64,000 nucleotides of DNA. It comes from Acanthaster planci. Its lineage: Eukaryota. The notes beneath the pieces were generated by a model. The model was not told the DNA's origin and did not search any database. It was given only the letters and a program-made list of their open reading frames with translations. The position numbers were made by a program, and so were the translations under genes. Where the stretch lies: NCBI RefSeq assembly GCF_001949145.1, contig NW_019091357.1:1638746-1702745 (forward strand), read 5' to 3'. Shown here piece by piece: positions 39,601 through 51,357 of the stretch. Positions within the stretch are counted from its first letter, which is position 1. Every line of letters begins with the position of its first letter.

Positions 39601-42600
39601 TTTCATTACGTTTCCGCTGTTTCGTGGTAAAAACTTTCCAATCAACTTCTCAGGATAAAACAGGTGAAACTAGTGACCTGTTGTGTCTTCGTTATTTCCA
39701 CATATTGCCTTTGGTGTCTTTCTAACGGTCTGTGATGTAAAATTCAAACAAAGATCGCTCCCACTCAGAAAAAAAATCGATCTATTGCTATGATACTGGG
39801 GTTCAAGTGTTTCGGTGGACTTTGCCGCGTTTCTGTCTGTCGACAGACTTTGATTTCTGTAATGCTTTTGCCACACAGCGTACACCAGTTGCTTAGACTA
39901 TAAGACAGCAGGCAACACGGTGGATGGTTACCATTGGATCTACGCAGCAGGAGCTGGTAACGGATTTCCCGTGTATTGTTACTTCAGCATGATTCAGAAT
40001 GATGGCGCATACACCGTGGTAACTATACATGACCGTGAAAATGATTATAATGATAACCTCCGATAATAAGAATAACTGTTATAACTATGACATTAATTAC
40101 AACTATCACTAGATACCACTATAACCATAACTATAACTATGACTGTTACTGACTCTGTCGTCATTGCAGATATCTCACGACACACAAGAGGAAGTGATCT
40201 TGAGTACTGCCACTCTGTCTCAGCCCTACTCAAGTGCTGGATCAAATGTCCATTCCTTTACCTACTCAAACAACGTTGACATTGGTAAGTGTCGCTTGAC
40301 GAAGTTATGATCGTAAGCCAAGGGAAAACTGATAACTGGATAGCCCGCCGCGGTATTAAGCGAGACGAAAACTGGGCCTGAACACCAGTCCTCTGAAAGG
40401 TCTACTCACCACTTGGTTTTAAATCAAAACCAAGTGACCAGTGGGGTTCGCAACGGGCAACAAAGGAATGGTTTCTGATGTCCAGACCGAGATAAATTTT
40501 ATCATACCAATAGACTCCTTTTGCAGGGAACAATGTGGGTGCTTTTGAAGAAAACCAGTGTAAGAAAGTAGGCCTATGTAAAACTTGCTTTTGTTGATCA
40601 ATAACGCACCGAGAAGCAGATAAATGATCCACCAAATAATTTGTGCGCTATCTTGGAGTAGTAGTCAAGACAAGAGATCATGCAGTGATAACAGATTTTG
40701 AATTACTGATTCCGTCTGCTCTCAGCCGAGATCGCCACTGTCGCTGCCGCGTCACACTTCTGCCACCAGTCACTCTACTACGTCAGCTCGGGTGCAAAGA
40801 TCTGGGCCAGCAACGGCCAGCAGCTGGTCTGGTGGGAATCCAACAGTGACGAGCAGATGACGTACTGGGCCGGGGCTGACCCGGCTGGTGCAAGTGGCTG
40901 TCTGTGTGGTCAGCTGGGGAATTGCCTTTCAAACAAAGACAAGTGTAACGCTGACAGCAATGGGAAATCAGGGGAGAGTACGTACGATGGAGGATTCATC
41001 ACCGACAAAAGGTAGGGTTCTCCACAAGCACCTGTACTATTTTTGTTACGAACTTAACGTCACATTTTAAAAGCACCTTGCAGATAAGGTACACCTGTTG
41101 TAGGCCTATCTAATTTTAGAACTTTCTGACGACGCATCACAATGCGTCTAAAACGTATGCTTTAGAAGTCCATGTGCATCGCACCTTCTTGTTTTCCTGC
41201 AGCAAACTACCAGTGAAAACGCTGAAGATCGGCGGAATCAGTACCTCAGAGTCAGCCTCTTACACATTAGGCAACCTGGTGTGCATGGATTCTTGTAAGT
41301 ACAAGCAGCAGCCTAATGCTTTTGATCTCATGAACTTCTTTTCGTTGTTCCGATTGTCAGTGTTCCCTGTGTGGACGAACTGCAGATCCGATTTAGCAGT
41401 ATCGACCACTGCTATTAAATTGATTTGCTGTCGACGATATTTTTGTGTAATCGTGCGAGTCTTGTTTATGTAACTCCGACAGCCACTACGCTGCCCACAT
41501 CTTGCCGAAATGCCCAAACAGCCGGCTACACAACCGATGGGTACTACCTGTTAGATCCCGATGGAAGCAGCGGGTCCCTACAACCTGTGCTAGGTAATAT
41601 TCGACAGCTATCCCCCTAAAAGTCAGACGACTTTCTACAAAGTATACCACCAAATTGTGGAAAACAACTAAGTGTGAGAAGGTTTTGTCCCGTTTCCTCT
41701 CCTCTCTATTTTCTGGCTGAAGAGTCAACCAAAATGCGCTTTTTAGAATCTCTTGGCGAAGTACCTGCCAGGTGTACTTGCAGGGTATTCAGGAAAGTGG
41801 GGGAGTAAAAACCGGACATAGACCTGATTGGAAAGGCAATGGTCTACGCAGGATAAGAAACAACGTGGACACTCAGTATGAGAAAAAGTAGGGAAAAAAA
41901 GTGAGCGAGGACAGTGGTTTGTTTTTTTTTTACTTTCAGTTCGATGTGATTTCAGCACGGTCAAAAACGCCCCCACTATGGAGGTTGGGCACAACTTTGA
42001 AGGTGACAATGAGATCGCAGAGTATTCCCAGAGCGGAGGTTTCTCCAAAGACATCGCCTACTCGGACGGTGCCAGCGTCGCCACGCTTACCAGTCTAGTC
42101 GGGAGCGCAACGGCCTGCACGCAGTACTTGGGACTCCAATGCAATGGTAAATAACGGTAAATAAGAACTTAGGAAGGCAAGGTGGTCAAACAAACAAACA
42201 AACAAACACCCCAACAAACCAACCAACAAACAAACAAACAAACAAAAAAATCAAGATAAACCCGGGACTTTCACAGCTTACACCGAGGATGACCGCAAAT
42301 TATTTGGAAGGCTGATGATGAACGCTTTCCAAAGCGACCAGTGGATTTCCTGTTATTGATCCGCAAATGGAAATCCAATTTCTGTTTAGTGTCTGGAATT
42401 GTATTCATTATTTCTAACAAAGCAACTCATGATTCCAGGAGAAATATTGAAGTTTTAGTCCGAAGTGAAATGAAACGACCAGTGATTGAGATTCATCCAA
42501 AATGTGTCCTTGTCAAAAGTTGGCGTATCAATAAGAATCTCAATTAGTCAATTTGTTTTTTCAGGTTTTGACATTTATCAGAGCAGCAACAACTGGAATG

Positions 42601-44946
42601 CTTGGTGGGTGGCCCAAGACGGCACGGACATGAACAACTGGTCCGGTACCACAACGGCGGGCAAGTGCGCTTGCGGTGTGACCGGCTCCTGTTACTCCAC
42701 GTCAGAGGACTGCAACTGTGCGACCTCTTCGTCCACTTGGCTGGAGGATAAGGGTTACATCACTGACCCGAGTGCACTCCCAGTCAGCCAAATCAGAGTT
42801 GGTAGAACCTCCAGCAGCCAGAGGGCTATCATTACGCTGGGCAAATTGAAGTGCCACGAAAGAGGTGCAAAACTCTGCCTTATTTTTACGAGTTTCCGAT
42901 TAAACTTATGGCCATTGCACTATCCGCGAGCTTCGGCACCACAATTAAAACTTCCTTTCTCCGTTCTTCCCCACAGTTGGGACGCAAGTCAAGACGTGTT
43001 ATGATGCCAAGCAGGGCGGAGCCACCGATGACGGTTACTACCTCCTTGATGCAGACGCGAGTGGCTCCGCAAACGCATTCATCGGTGAGTCTGATCAGAA
43101 AAATATGCTCGGAAATATGCAAGAAAACTGATGCAAAGCCTTGTAGTTAGTGATTTGAAGACTGGAAGTAAAATAAAACTTCTGGCTACATACCTAGCTA
43201 TCTTCTTGACTCTGTGCTTTGAGAAAGATGGCCCGTGTGATTGGACCTTTCAAAATCTCTAAGGTCGTTTCTTCTATTCTGTAGGTAACAAAACAGAGAG
43301 TATCATTTTCCGATAACTGAAGAGCTCTTTCCAAATCCAAAAGAGACCAGTTTCTCCAAGTGCTCGTGCTAACCACGACCCAATACACCTGTGGTTCTTT
43401 CTAGCTGAGTGTAACGTGACCTATAACTCGACACACGCCAGCGTCATCTTCAATCACGACAGCGAGTCCCGCACGCACGTCGCCGGCGCGGGATCGGCGG
43501 GCTCCTTCATTCAATCCATCGTTTACGAAAACATGGACGTGGACCAGCTCGCGGCACAGTTTACTCTTCCTTCCACCGACTACTCTCAGACGTGCTTGCA
43601 GCATATTTCCTACGAGTGCTTTGGTAAGTCCGTAGTCGGCCGCTTCATGCTGGAAGATTCCTACATTATTTCAATGTCGATCCTGCGTCGACCAAATGAT
43701 CTCTGATCCTGAATACCGACAAGAGGTCGGTCGTAAGAGGTGCGCAAGGTCCTGTCTGCCTTCGAGTTAAGGTTCTTCATTTTAACCAAGTATCCAAATC
43801 AAGCCATGAGCAGGCTGGGAGTAAGAGCTCGAAGACAAAAATCTTTGCATTGCTGTAAAAAAACGACCTGTGCCAAGTGTCTTGCGATGTGTTTTTTACG
43901 CCGATCAGTCGTTCTAGAAATCTCGACAAGCCTATCAAATGAACCCAGCACATGGATATACACGATTTTTAGCTACAGCAGCTCCGCAAGGCAGACAGGT
44001 TAAAGTCTTCAACTAGTGATTCCTTGCAACTTTGCAAGATCCATTGCTGAGTGATAAAAAACTGTGTAAGCATATGGCAATTCCAACCCAGAGCTTGCGT
44101 GAAACAACCCTCCTCACATGCGCTCAGAGGCCGTCTGGTGACGAGTAGTATTACCCAGGTATTTCGAGCTTCCGTTTTTGCTTTAACGTGACACTGCACT
44201 TGGCAATAATTCCTCATCAGATGCGAAGCTTTTGAAGAGCGGGACCAGTTGGTGGGTGTCTTTTAGCGGTGCAACCAAGACCTATTGGGGCGGGGCCAGT
44301 GGTCAGGATGGATACTGCGCTTGTGGTTTGGACGGCACATGTCAGGGTAAGTCGCAAAGACATGCGCTCCGAAGAACAACATGCGACCTGGTTAAAATAT
44401 GTGTATGAATATGTATATATTCAAATATTTTTTTTAAAAAATAGTTTATACTGATGCATATTTTGTCGAAACTGTGTGTAATATTGGGTTCATTATCAGA
44501 AGGAGGTTCTTGATCACAGTTCTGAATGTTTCTCTGCTATAGATGCTAGCGAGAAGTGCAACTGTGACGCAGAGCAAGCTTCTTGGCTGCAGGACAGCGG
44601 CTACCTGGTCGACTTCAGGGACGAAGCTCTCCCCGTGGTGCAGCTGCGCTTCGGCGACACCGCTGGCGGAGCTGGCAGCGAGGAAGGTTACTTCACGCTG
44701 GGCAAGTTGGAGTGCTTCATCTCCGACCGTGAGTACCCGTACCCCGCCGATGGCCTGGGTTTGCTCAGGGACAGTCGAGGTCAAAACATCTCACAGAGCA
44801 TAACGCCGCTGCGTCTGCGCAAGCGCGTGTCGTGTAGAGCAGGGAGCGCGTGGCGTCACCTTTTCTGTTTGAGTTTTTATTTTGCAGATTTGCACTGGCA
44901 AGGCCATGCTAGAGGTGAAACCAAAATGGTGAAAGCTGTCTTATGA
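33656..44946 (+). CDS. Secreted multidomain protein: signal peptide, two F5/8 type C (discoidin) domains, three Caspr/neurexin IV-type fibrinogen-like domains, about 1050-1100 aa
   Basis: About 23 exons, starting near 33656, 34208, 34620, 35301, 36394, 36822, 37747, 38029, 38507, 38834, 39471, 39879, 40170, 40726, 41203, 41483, 41940, 42565, 42976, 43405, 44221, 44543 and probably 44888. Signal peptide MKFRSWLTLLLLAESIQL. Discoidin motifs CIDALGMQSREIPDDQLSASS..ARYIKILPQTWNAQIAMRAELYGC and PLGMEDSTIPDGDITASS..SLRVELYG. Three repeats of WW..YW.G..C.CG..C..CN...D.G.I...LPV..TLG.L.C. The 3' end is the least certain part. Confidence 0.85.
38121..38278. mobile_element. Palindromic MITE-like element, family A copy 2
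   Basis: TTCACAATAGTGCGCCTCCAAGAGTTTGCAACGCGTTG ... CAACGCGTTGCAAACTCTTGGAGGCGCACTATTGTGAA. The right arm is near identical to that of the 10618-10780 copy. Confidence 0.82.
38982..39470 (+). other. Probable non-canonical GC-AG intron
   Basis: Donor ATAG|GCAGGT keeps the frame into TACAG|TCGGCGACAACTGT (ELYGERI-V-GDNCDFW). The GT 4 nt downstream leads to a stop within a few codons. Confidence 0.7.
39082..39224. mobile_element. Degenerate palindromic MITE-like element
   Basis: Left arm ACTTTCGCCCGGGCG..GGATTACTATTTCAGGCGGAT; right arm ATCCGCCCTGCCGAAATAGTAATCCGCCAGGACGAAAGT. Confidence 0.55.
42186..42246. repeat. (CAAA)n microsatellite, interrupted
   Basis: Directly visible. Confidence 0.85.
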
Positions 44947-46391
44947 CAAGATCTATGGAGATCTACATCAGAGGTGAGAGTTCAGAAAAACCACAAGATG
45001 TCGAATGTGGTGGAAAGATGTTGTGTGTGCATGTGCCACATGGAAAAAGGGGGAAATTAGTCTGAAGCATTACCAGCATTGCAATGATTAAAACTTCTCG
45101 CAATCTGATGAGCTTTATTTGCTAACCCTTGATTCAGATAGACATTCTGTAATCATTCCATTTCATGCAGGGAATGGCATGAGCGAGAAAGCAACAAACA
45201 AGGCTTGTTTAGTCGACAGTCGTGTATCAAGCTCTAGGAAGAAGAGGACAGCGCACTGTGGGACAAACTGGAAAACTGTTTTCTGCACCAAGTCCAGCAC
45301 AAACAACAGCCACGACATGATGAGAGTACTAGACTTGTGGGCATCTATTAGGCGTATACAGGAAATTACTAATGTTGCTGTGTTCGAACTTAGCTACGGC
45401 CGGCAATAACCCGCACGTCTTAGGGAAATGGCTTCAGTCGCTTATAGCTAGTGACTCCTGATCCAATAGCAGTCTTGAGCAAAAACACCCCTCATCGATT
45501 GAAAAGTGCCAGCCTGGTTGGGAGCATTCATTTTTCTCGTAGCGACGCTACTGTAACTCTTGCAAATTTCATATATCGTTTGTGAGCCAGCGAAGTGCAG
45601 TTCCGACCAAAGGAGCCTGCGTTGCTGATACATTGCGCCCTCTCTTGGTCCAGCTTAGGCCTTATGCAAATTAAGAAACGGCCCAGATTAAGTAGAGGGA
45701 AATCTTTAAAGTCTACAGAGTATCTTCGAATCACTTCACACGTCTCGATTTTTTAAAAAAATTGCTTTTAATGACACCGGATGTAAATGATTTTTTTTGC
45801 AAGGGATACATCTTCTGTAGTCTGGGTTCATGTCAAAATGTTCAAAATGGACACGGCAATAATGACGTGATTTTCAGCGTCAAGATGTGGGGAAGAGCGG
45901 GTTTTTTTGGTACCCAATTGTTAGGTTTTGGGGGGAGCAGTGAAGTTGATGGACTAGTATGTTGGGTCAACACACTTCAGTCTTCATAGGACAATAAACA
46001 GTGCAATGACTGATTCAATAATCCGTAGACGGGACAGCTCTTCGATATGAATGCATATCATGAAAGTGAGCTCCAATGTTAGAGGAGGCATTTATTGTTA
46101 CTCAGAAGAAACTTGTGACATAAAGAGCTAACTGATGATTCTCATCAAGGCCTAAGGTTTGTCACCAGTAAGAAATAAAATCGGAAAAGAGTTTCGAAGA
46201 ATATTTACATTGTACTCTTTGAATGTTTTCAAGTCAACTTCGTGTTTTCCCCGTGAAGGAACGTCCACTCTTTTCAGTGCACAAACCTGATACGAGACGC
46301 AAGCAGCAAGTATACACATGCAAGGCGAACTCTGAACTAGTGTCACGGTGACGTAGCCTACTTGCACCACAACTGTTTAACATTGTCTGCT

Positions 46392-46480
46392 TCGAGTGGT
46401 GTTTTAAAACTTCCCCTCGGGACGGAAGTTAGTTGAAACTTCCCCTCGAGATGGAAGTTAGTTTTACTACACCACTCAAA
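46392..46480. mobile_element. Small inverted-repeat element with two internal tandem hairpins
   Basis: Ends GAGTGGTGT ... ACACCACTC enclosing two copies of AAACTTCCCCTCG(G/A)GA(C/T)GGAAGTTAGTT. Confidence 0.55.
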
Positions 46481-46700
46481 ACAGCTTGTTTTATAACGCC
46501 TCTCCCTCAGAGTATGATTGCTTTAAGCCTGAAAGATTTCAGTTTGATTTACATACATAGAGCAGGTATCGGACTAAGATTTTTTGTTGAAAACTTTATT
46601 ACACTGTAGCAACATTTCAAGACTACCTCTTCAAGAAATGTTTGGACCCAGCTCCGTAAAGCGCGTGCGCTGTTGCTGTTGGTACAACACTTCGCTACAT

Positions 46701-46820
46701 TGAGGCTTTGCGCGGTAGCTATCCTGCAGTTCTTTTGTTACACGGGGTATGCACTAAAGGAGATTTCCCTGTGGAACAAAAGAACTGCCCTGCATGATGG
46801 CAGTCATGCAAAGCCTCTAT
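46701..46820. mobile_element. Palindromic MITE-like element
   Basis: Arm pairs GAGGCTTTGC/GCAAAGCCTC and GCAGTTCTTTTGTT/AACAAAAGAACTGC. Confidence 0.65.
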
Positions 46821-49555
46821 AGTCTTTTGGCTCTCGGCCAATCAAAATACAGAGTCTCTGGGTGAGGCGTTAGTAATGAACATATTGTCGGGATTTGTTG
46901 AGAAATTAGTCAAACAGTCCAATATTCGATTTTGAAAATGGAAGCCCAGTATAAAACCGTCTGTCAACTTTACAAGGATATTCGAAAATATTTTGGCGAG
47001 TTTGTTTTCCCTAATGAAACAGAACAGCGCAGAGTAATAAAAAAATCATGACGATGTCGAGTATTTTAAATCTGCTGCAGGTTAACCAAGCAATAAAAAG
47101 TCAGAAGACAGTGGGTTAAGACTATTTTTACAAAATCAATATCATACAGAATATAAGATTGCTATCAAAAATCAAACCCTTAGTCTTTAATAAAAAAATG
47201 GAAATTTCGATTCTAATTCTGTAAACCCTATGGTATTATTTCAAATGGACATGTACAATGACCATCTTTCTACATCTCTTCATGGCCCCCACCTTTTTTC
47301 TCAATCTCCCTAACTGTGTATAATTCGTGCTTTTTCTTTCTAATGTATGTTTTGCGTTATTTTTTTTATCAATAAAACATAGAAAGAAAGAAAAAAAGTC
47401 GGAAGACTGGTCTTATTGAAATGGTGTGTGTGCTTATATAACTAGAACTCAGTCTTGAGTTAGGCTAAACTCAATGCCAAATTGCAATCCCCATAAATAT
47501 TGAAATTTTGAGAGCACACTCGATCAAACTTCAGAGGAGAAAATGACACATTCTCTTGCATGGCTTGAGGGAGGCTGCACTTCTCTTATTAAATGTGCTC
47601 TCTTCCAACTTGTTGGATTGACGGAAAGTAAGTGAAAAGTGACATTAGCCAGGATTGTCACTTTAATCACAAATAGGTCATTTGGGAGACACTTTGTGGT
47701 AAATTCTTCGACCTTAGGGAGACATCGGTCATTAGGGAGACAATTCAATGTCTCCCTAATGCTCGAACTACCGACAGGAGGCCGAATTTTAATGTCAAAA
47801 TTTTGGGAGACGGTAGATTAGGGTCTAAAATGAAAACATGCAAAGTTTGGTTAAGTTCGGATTAGGGTTAATTAAGATCGGATTAGCCCCCGCCGCGTCC
47901 TTGATCGTTAACGAGCAGGAGAGGAGACGGAAGCCCATGGGGCAACCACCTCTCCTCCGATCCGATGCGCCAACGATTCCTGCGCCGTTTTCCAATAACA
48001 AACGTCGTCTCTGCCTCAGGTTTCGTCCCCGAAACCAATCCCCGAGTGTGGGCCTGAAGCGTTTAAATTAAATTGGACTACTGTACTTTTTGGCTCTCTA
48101 GCATCTCATTTGGTGTTTGGTTCCACTATTAGACTAGTGACTGCGCTTATAGCTTCAAAGTCAGGTAGTAAAAAAAACAGTTCAAGTCTGAGACGGAGCC
48201 TAGCCGGAGTTGAGTATTGGAAAAGGGCCCTGTCGAATGTGACTGTAACGACGTACACACAAGTACAATGATTACAGTTTCTTCAAAACTCATGTCATTT
48301 GAGAGGTGTCCAGCTTCGAAGCTGCAGTTTTTCCACTTGCGGTGCTTTTAATTAACAAAGCCATTTATAATGACGAACTTTGCCAAACAAGCAAATGATC
48401 AGCGCCCTCACGATTTTTTAATCTCGGAAAACATTTTATGCTACGTGGCAGCCTCATCAAATTGTGACCTGGGAAATACAACGCGCAATTAGAATGCAAC
48501 TTGAAATGCCATTGCGCTGTACTGGGTTGCCCGGCTAAGGGACAGTTGAACATGGCATTATGAAACGTCCGGTTTGTACTTCGCCTTTCCCACTTTTCCC
48601 GTGGGGGAATCCCGCCCGTCAATTTCTTAATGAGTGGTGCCAGTTTTTTGTTTTTCTGGGAACTGTTTCCATTGGGTAAGGAGACAACAAAATCCACTTT
48701 TATGTCACGCACGTGGGTAAAACAGTCGCATTCACGCGTGCTCATTCAGGGTAAAGTTTTCTGTTTAAGGATATCTGTCCCGCCTATTTCAGCCGGAGCC
48801 ACTTATTTTAGCGGGCACCAGTGAAATAAATTTCGAGGTACAGGCTATTTATCTGTTTTCAAACGTTCCCAAAACAATGGGGCACAAAGTAAAACGTGTC
48901 TCCCATAGCGACATCTAAAGGGTAAACGATACCGTTTGAAATATGCATGAAAACACAATTTAAGATGCGATTTTCACTCAGAAATGGTTATCTTCAAGCA
49001 CTGTACTGGCAGTATTAAGCAGATATACACAATAATTTTCACGCCTTTGTATACCATGGCTTCATACCTTTAAGACTTGGGATTTCCAAACTTCTTTGCT
49101 GTTACAAGTGTTCGGCGTATCGTTTTGGTTTTTACATCCGCATTTCCAGCTTTTCCGCTCTGAGGCACACCATTTAATTGCGAAACCGAAACTAAGAAGG
49201 TGTCCGATGAGGCAAATAATCCTAGTTCTCATTACATTTACGAGGAAATGAATAATTCAAACACAGGATAAACGAACATGCATAAATACCCCGTTTTTTA
49301 AACAGAAATGTACATTCTTCGTTAACTTCCGAGTGGAAGAGCATCGCCGGTTGGACGCTGCAGAAGAACCAAAAGTCAGCTCAGCGGATCGAATCGAAGA
49401 CGGCCCTGCAAGAACCGACACGGTGTAATTTATCCCACACTTACCAGAGTAAGAGCACTTTTCTCTCGTCTTTTGTCGGCCTTAACTCGAAGGGGGAAGG
49501 GGGAATCAGCCTTATCGCTGAGCACATTACAGTGTACTTATAGTTAATACTACGG

Positions 49556-49604
49556 TATAAAAACCCTGTCAACAGCGGCATTATCGCCACCTCGATCGGT
49601 AAGG
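49556..49604 (+). promoter_or_regulatory. Putative TATA box and very short non-coding first exon of the small orphan gene
   Basis: TATAAAAA at 49556-49563, donor CG|GTAAGG at 49599, candidate acceptors at 49846 and 49856 just upstream of the ATG. Confidence 0.4.
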
Positions 49605-49874
49605 GCGAACGTGTTCGAAGCATAGGACCAGCTGATTTAAAAAAAATTAAATAACTTTGAAAAAACTACTAAACTTTGTGGACAAAAAAGTGAAAGCAGG
49701 TTCCAATTAGCAGTTGAATGAAACTGCTCTGCAGTTTGCTGAAATCTAATGGAATAAAGCTGTTCTTTTTCTTACAAATCTGAGGTCTCCAAAACATATG
49801 GGCAACTTTGCGATTAGTTCTTTCCAATCGATTGTTCTGATTACAGATTGACCTAGAGTACCGACGGAGGCAAA

Positions 49875-50216
49875 ATGAACAGTGCAACTGACAAGGACGA
49901 CAAGGACCAGACGGAGAGCAGCCAAGACAAGCAGGCCGAGAAGGGCGCAGGGACCGGTGGGGAACAGAAAGAGTCCACGGACGGCACACAGCCCCGAGCC
50001 AAAGACGAGACGGAGGGGCTGGAGGTCACGGCCAAGCAGGCTGCGGTGGCGCTCGTCGCGGACGACACGCCCAAAGGGCGGCGGAAGAGACGGCGAAACC
50101 TGAGGCGGCTCTTCTCCTGCTTCCGGCGCATCGTCCGGAGCTTGGAGGATGAGGAAGAGGAAGACGAGGACGGAGACTGCTGTGGGTGCTGTGGGTGTGA
50201 TGATGACGAGGATTAA
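49875..50216 (+). CDS. Uncharacterised 113-aa protein (disordered N-terminus, polybasic Cys-containing helix, acidic tail with CCGCCGC)
   Basis: GC-rich ORF with GC3-biased codons in AT-rich flanks, CAAAATGA start context, upstream acceptor, ATTAAA at about 50408. No family recognised. Confidence 0.7.
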   Translation: MNSATDKDDKDQTESSQDKQAEKGAGTGGEQKESTDGTQPRAKDETEGLEVTAKQAAVALVADDTPKGRRKRRRNLRRLFSCFRRIVRSLEDEEEEDEDGDCCGCCGCDDDED

Positions 50217-51302
50217 GACGAAGAAGGATCCATTCCCGTGCTACGTCTGACCTACATGTACGTGGACCTAAACGCAACATGCACGTTGGCGAGGTTGAGA
50301 ATTTCTAATTAAGAACACCTGTCCGCGCAGGCGCACATCAAACGGGGGAAAATTCAGCACGGGGTGGGTGAGTTCAAAGACTTGAGAACAGTGTGTTATG
50401 ATACTGCATTAAAAGTTTTAAAAATTAAAAGTTAACACTTTCTGTACTATGTTACCCAATTACCACCGGTACGCAATGGCGACTGGACCCGAAAAGGGAA
50501 TTAGAAAAGGCAAAATAAGCTTTGACATGATGGCCCTGCACTTGGAAGTTATGACAACTGTTGGTGCAGTGTGCATTGTCAATGAATTCTCACTAATGAG
50601 GTCTTTGAGTTTTTTTTTTTTTGGTTGGAACAAACAACTAGAGGCCACGAAGAATTATAAAAACACATTCCTCCAAATCTTACCCGCCTTTCAAACGTAA
50701 CCCGAGACTCAAATCCAAATTCACCTTTACACAACTCCACTGGCTTTTCTCCAACATTTTAATCGTTACGTTTGCTGCGTAACAGCTCTGGTGAGAAATG
50801 CACGTACGACTAGAGTTAAGACACATCACAGGAGATGCACAGAATACTACCGCCAAGGACCCGGCCCTAACCCCCCCCCAAGAAACAATCTTATTAAAGC
50901 CACTTGTTAATACCTGTTGAACTTGACAAAATATAAAAATCCAATATTGTACACTGCGTCTACATCTATATTTACATATGGTGTGATTCGGTAAACGACG
51001 AGTGAAGGTGATTTATTACAGTCCTAACAAATGAACGGAAACTCTTACAACATACAAACGTAGCTAGAATTTCGGAACACACTTAGTACACACAGTGCAA
51101 GTTTCTTATCCCTTGTGTCGTACATATTTGTAAGGGTATTCGATACGCGGTATTCGAATGTTTAGGACGTCCCTCTATAGGAAACGATTATTTTAAGTCT
51201 TTCAGTAATTTCATTTCGAGACAAACAATTATAATATACGAGAGTGGCTCATCGTAGATTACAAACCGCTATGAGACTAAGTGTCTCTAGTTGGGAGAAA
51301 GT

Positions 51303-51357
51303 CGGAAGCTTTGAATGGACACCGGGACGAAAGACGGAAGCTTTGAATGGACACCGA
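51303..51357. repeat. Direct duplication of CGGAAGCTTTGAATGGACACCG (2 copies)
   Basis: Directly visible, with a 10-nt spacer. Confidence 0.8.

Noticed and set aside
47670..47820. Repeated (T)AGGGAGACA motifs with one inverted copy
   Set aside because: Likely a decayed repeat fragment, but its boundaries and terminal repeats could not be defined.
44729..49874. Splicing of the discoidin/fibrinogen gene onto the 113-aa ORF as a cytoplasmic tail
   Set aside because: The phase-1 donor at 44729 is out of frame with both acceptors (49846, 49856), and I found no intervening TM exon.
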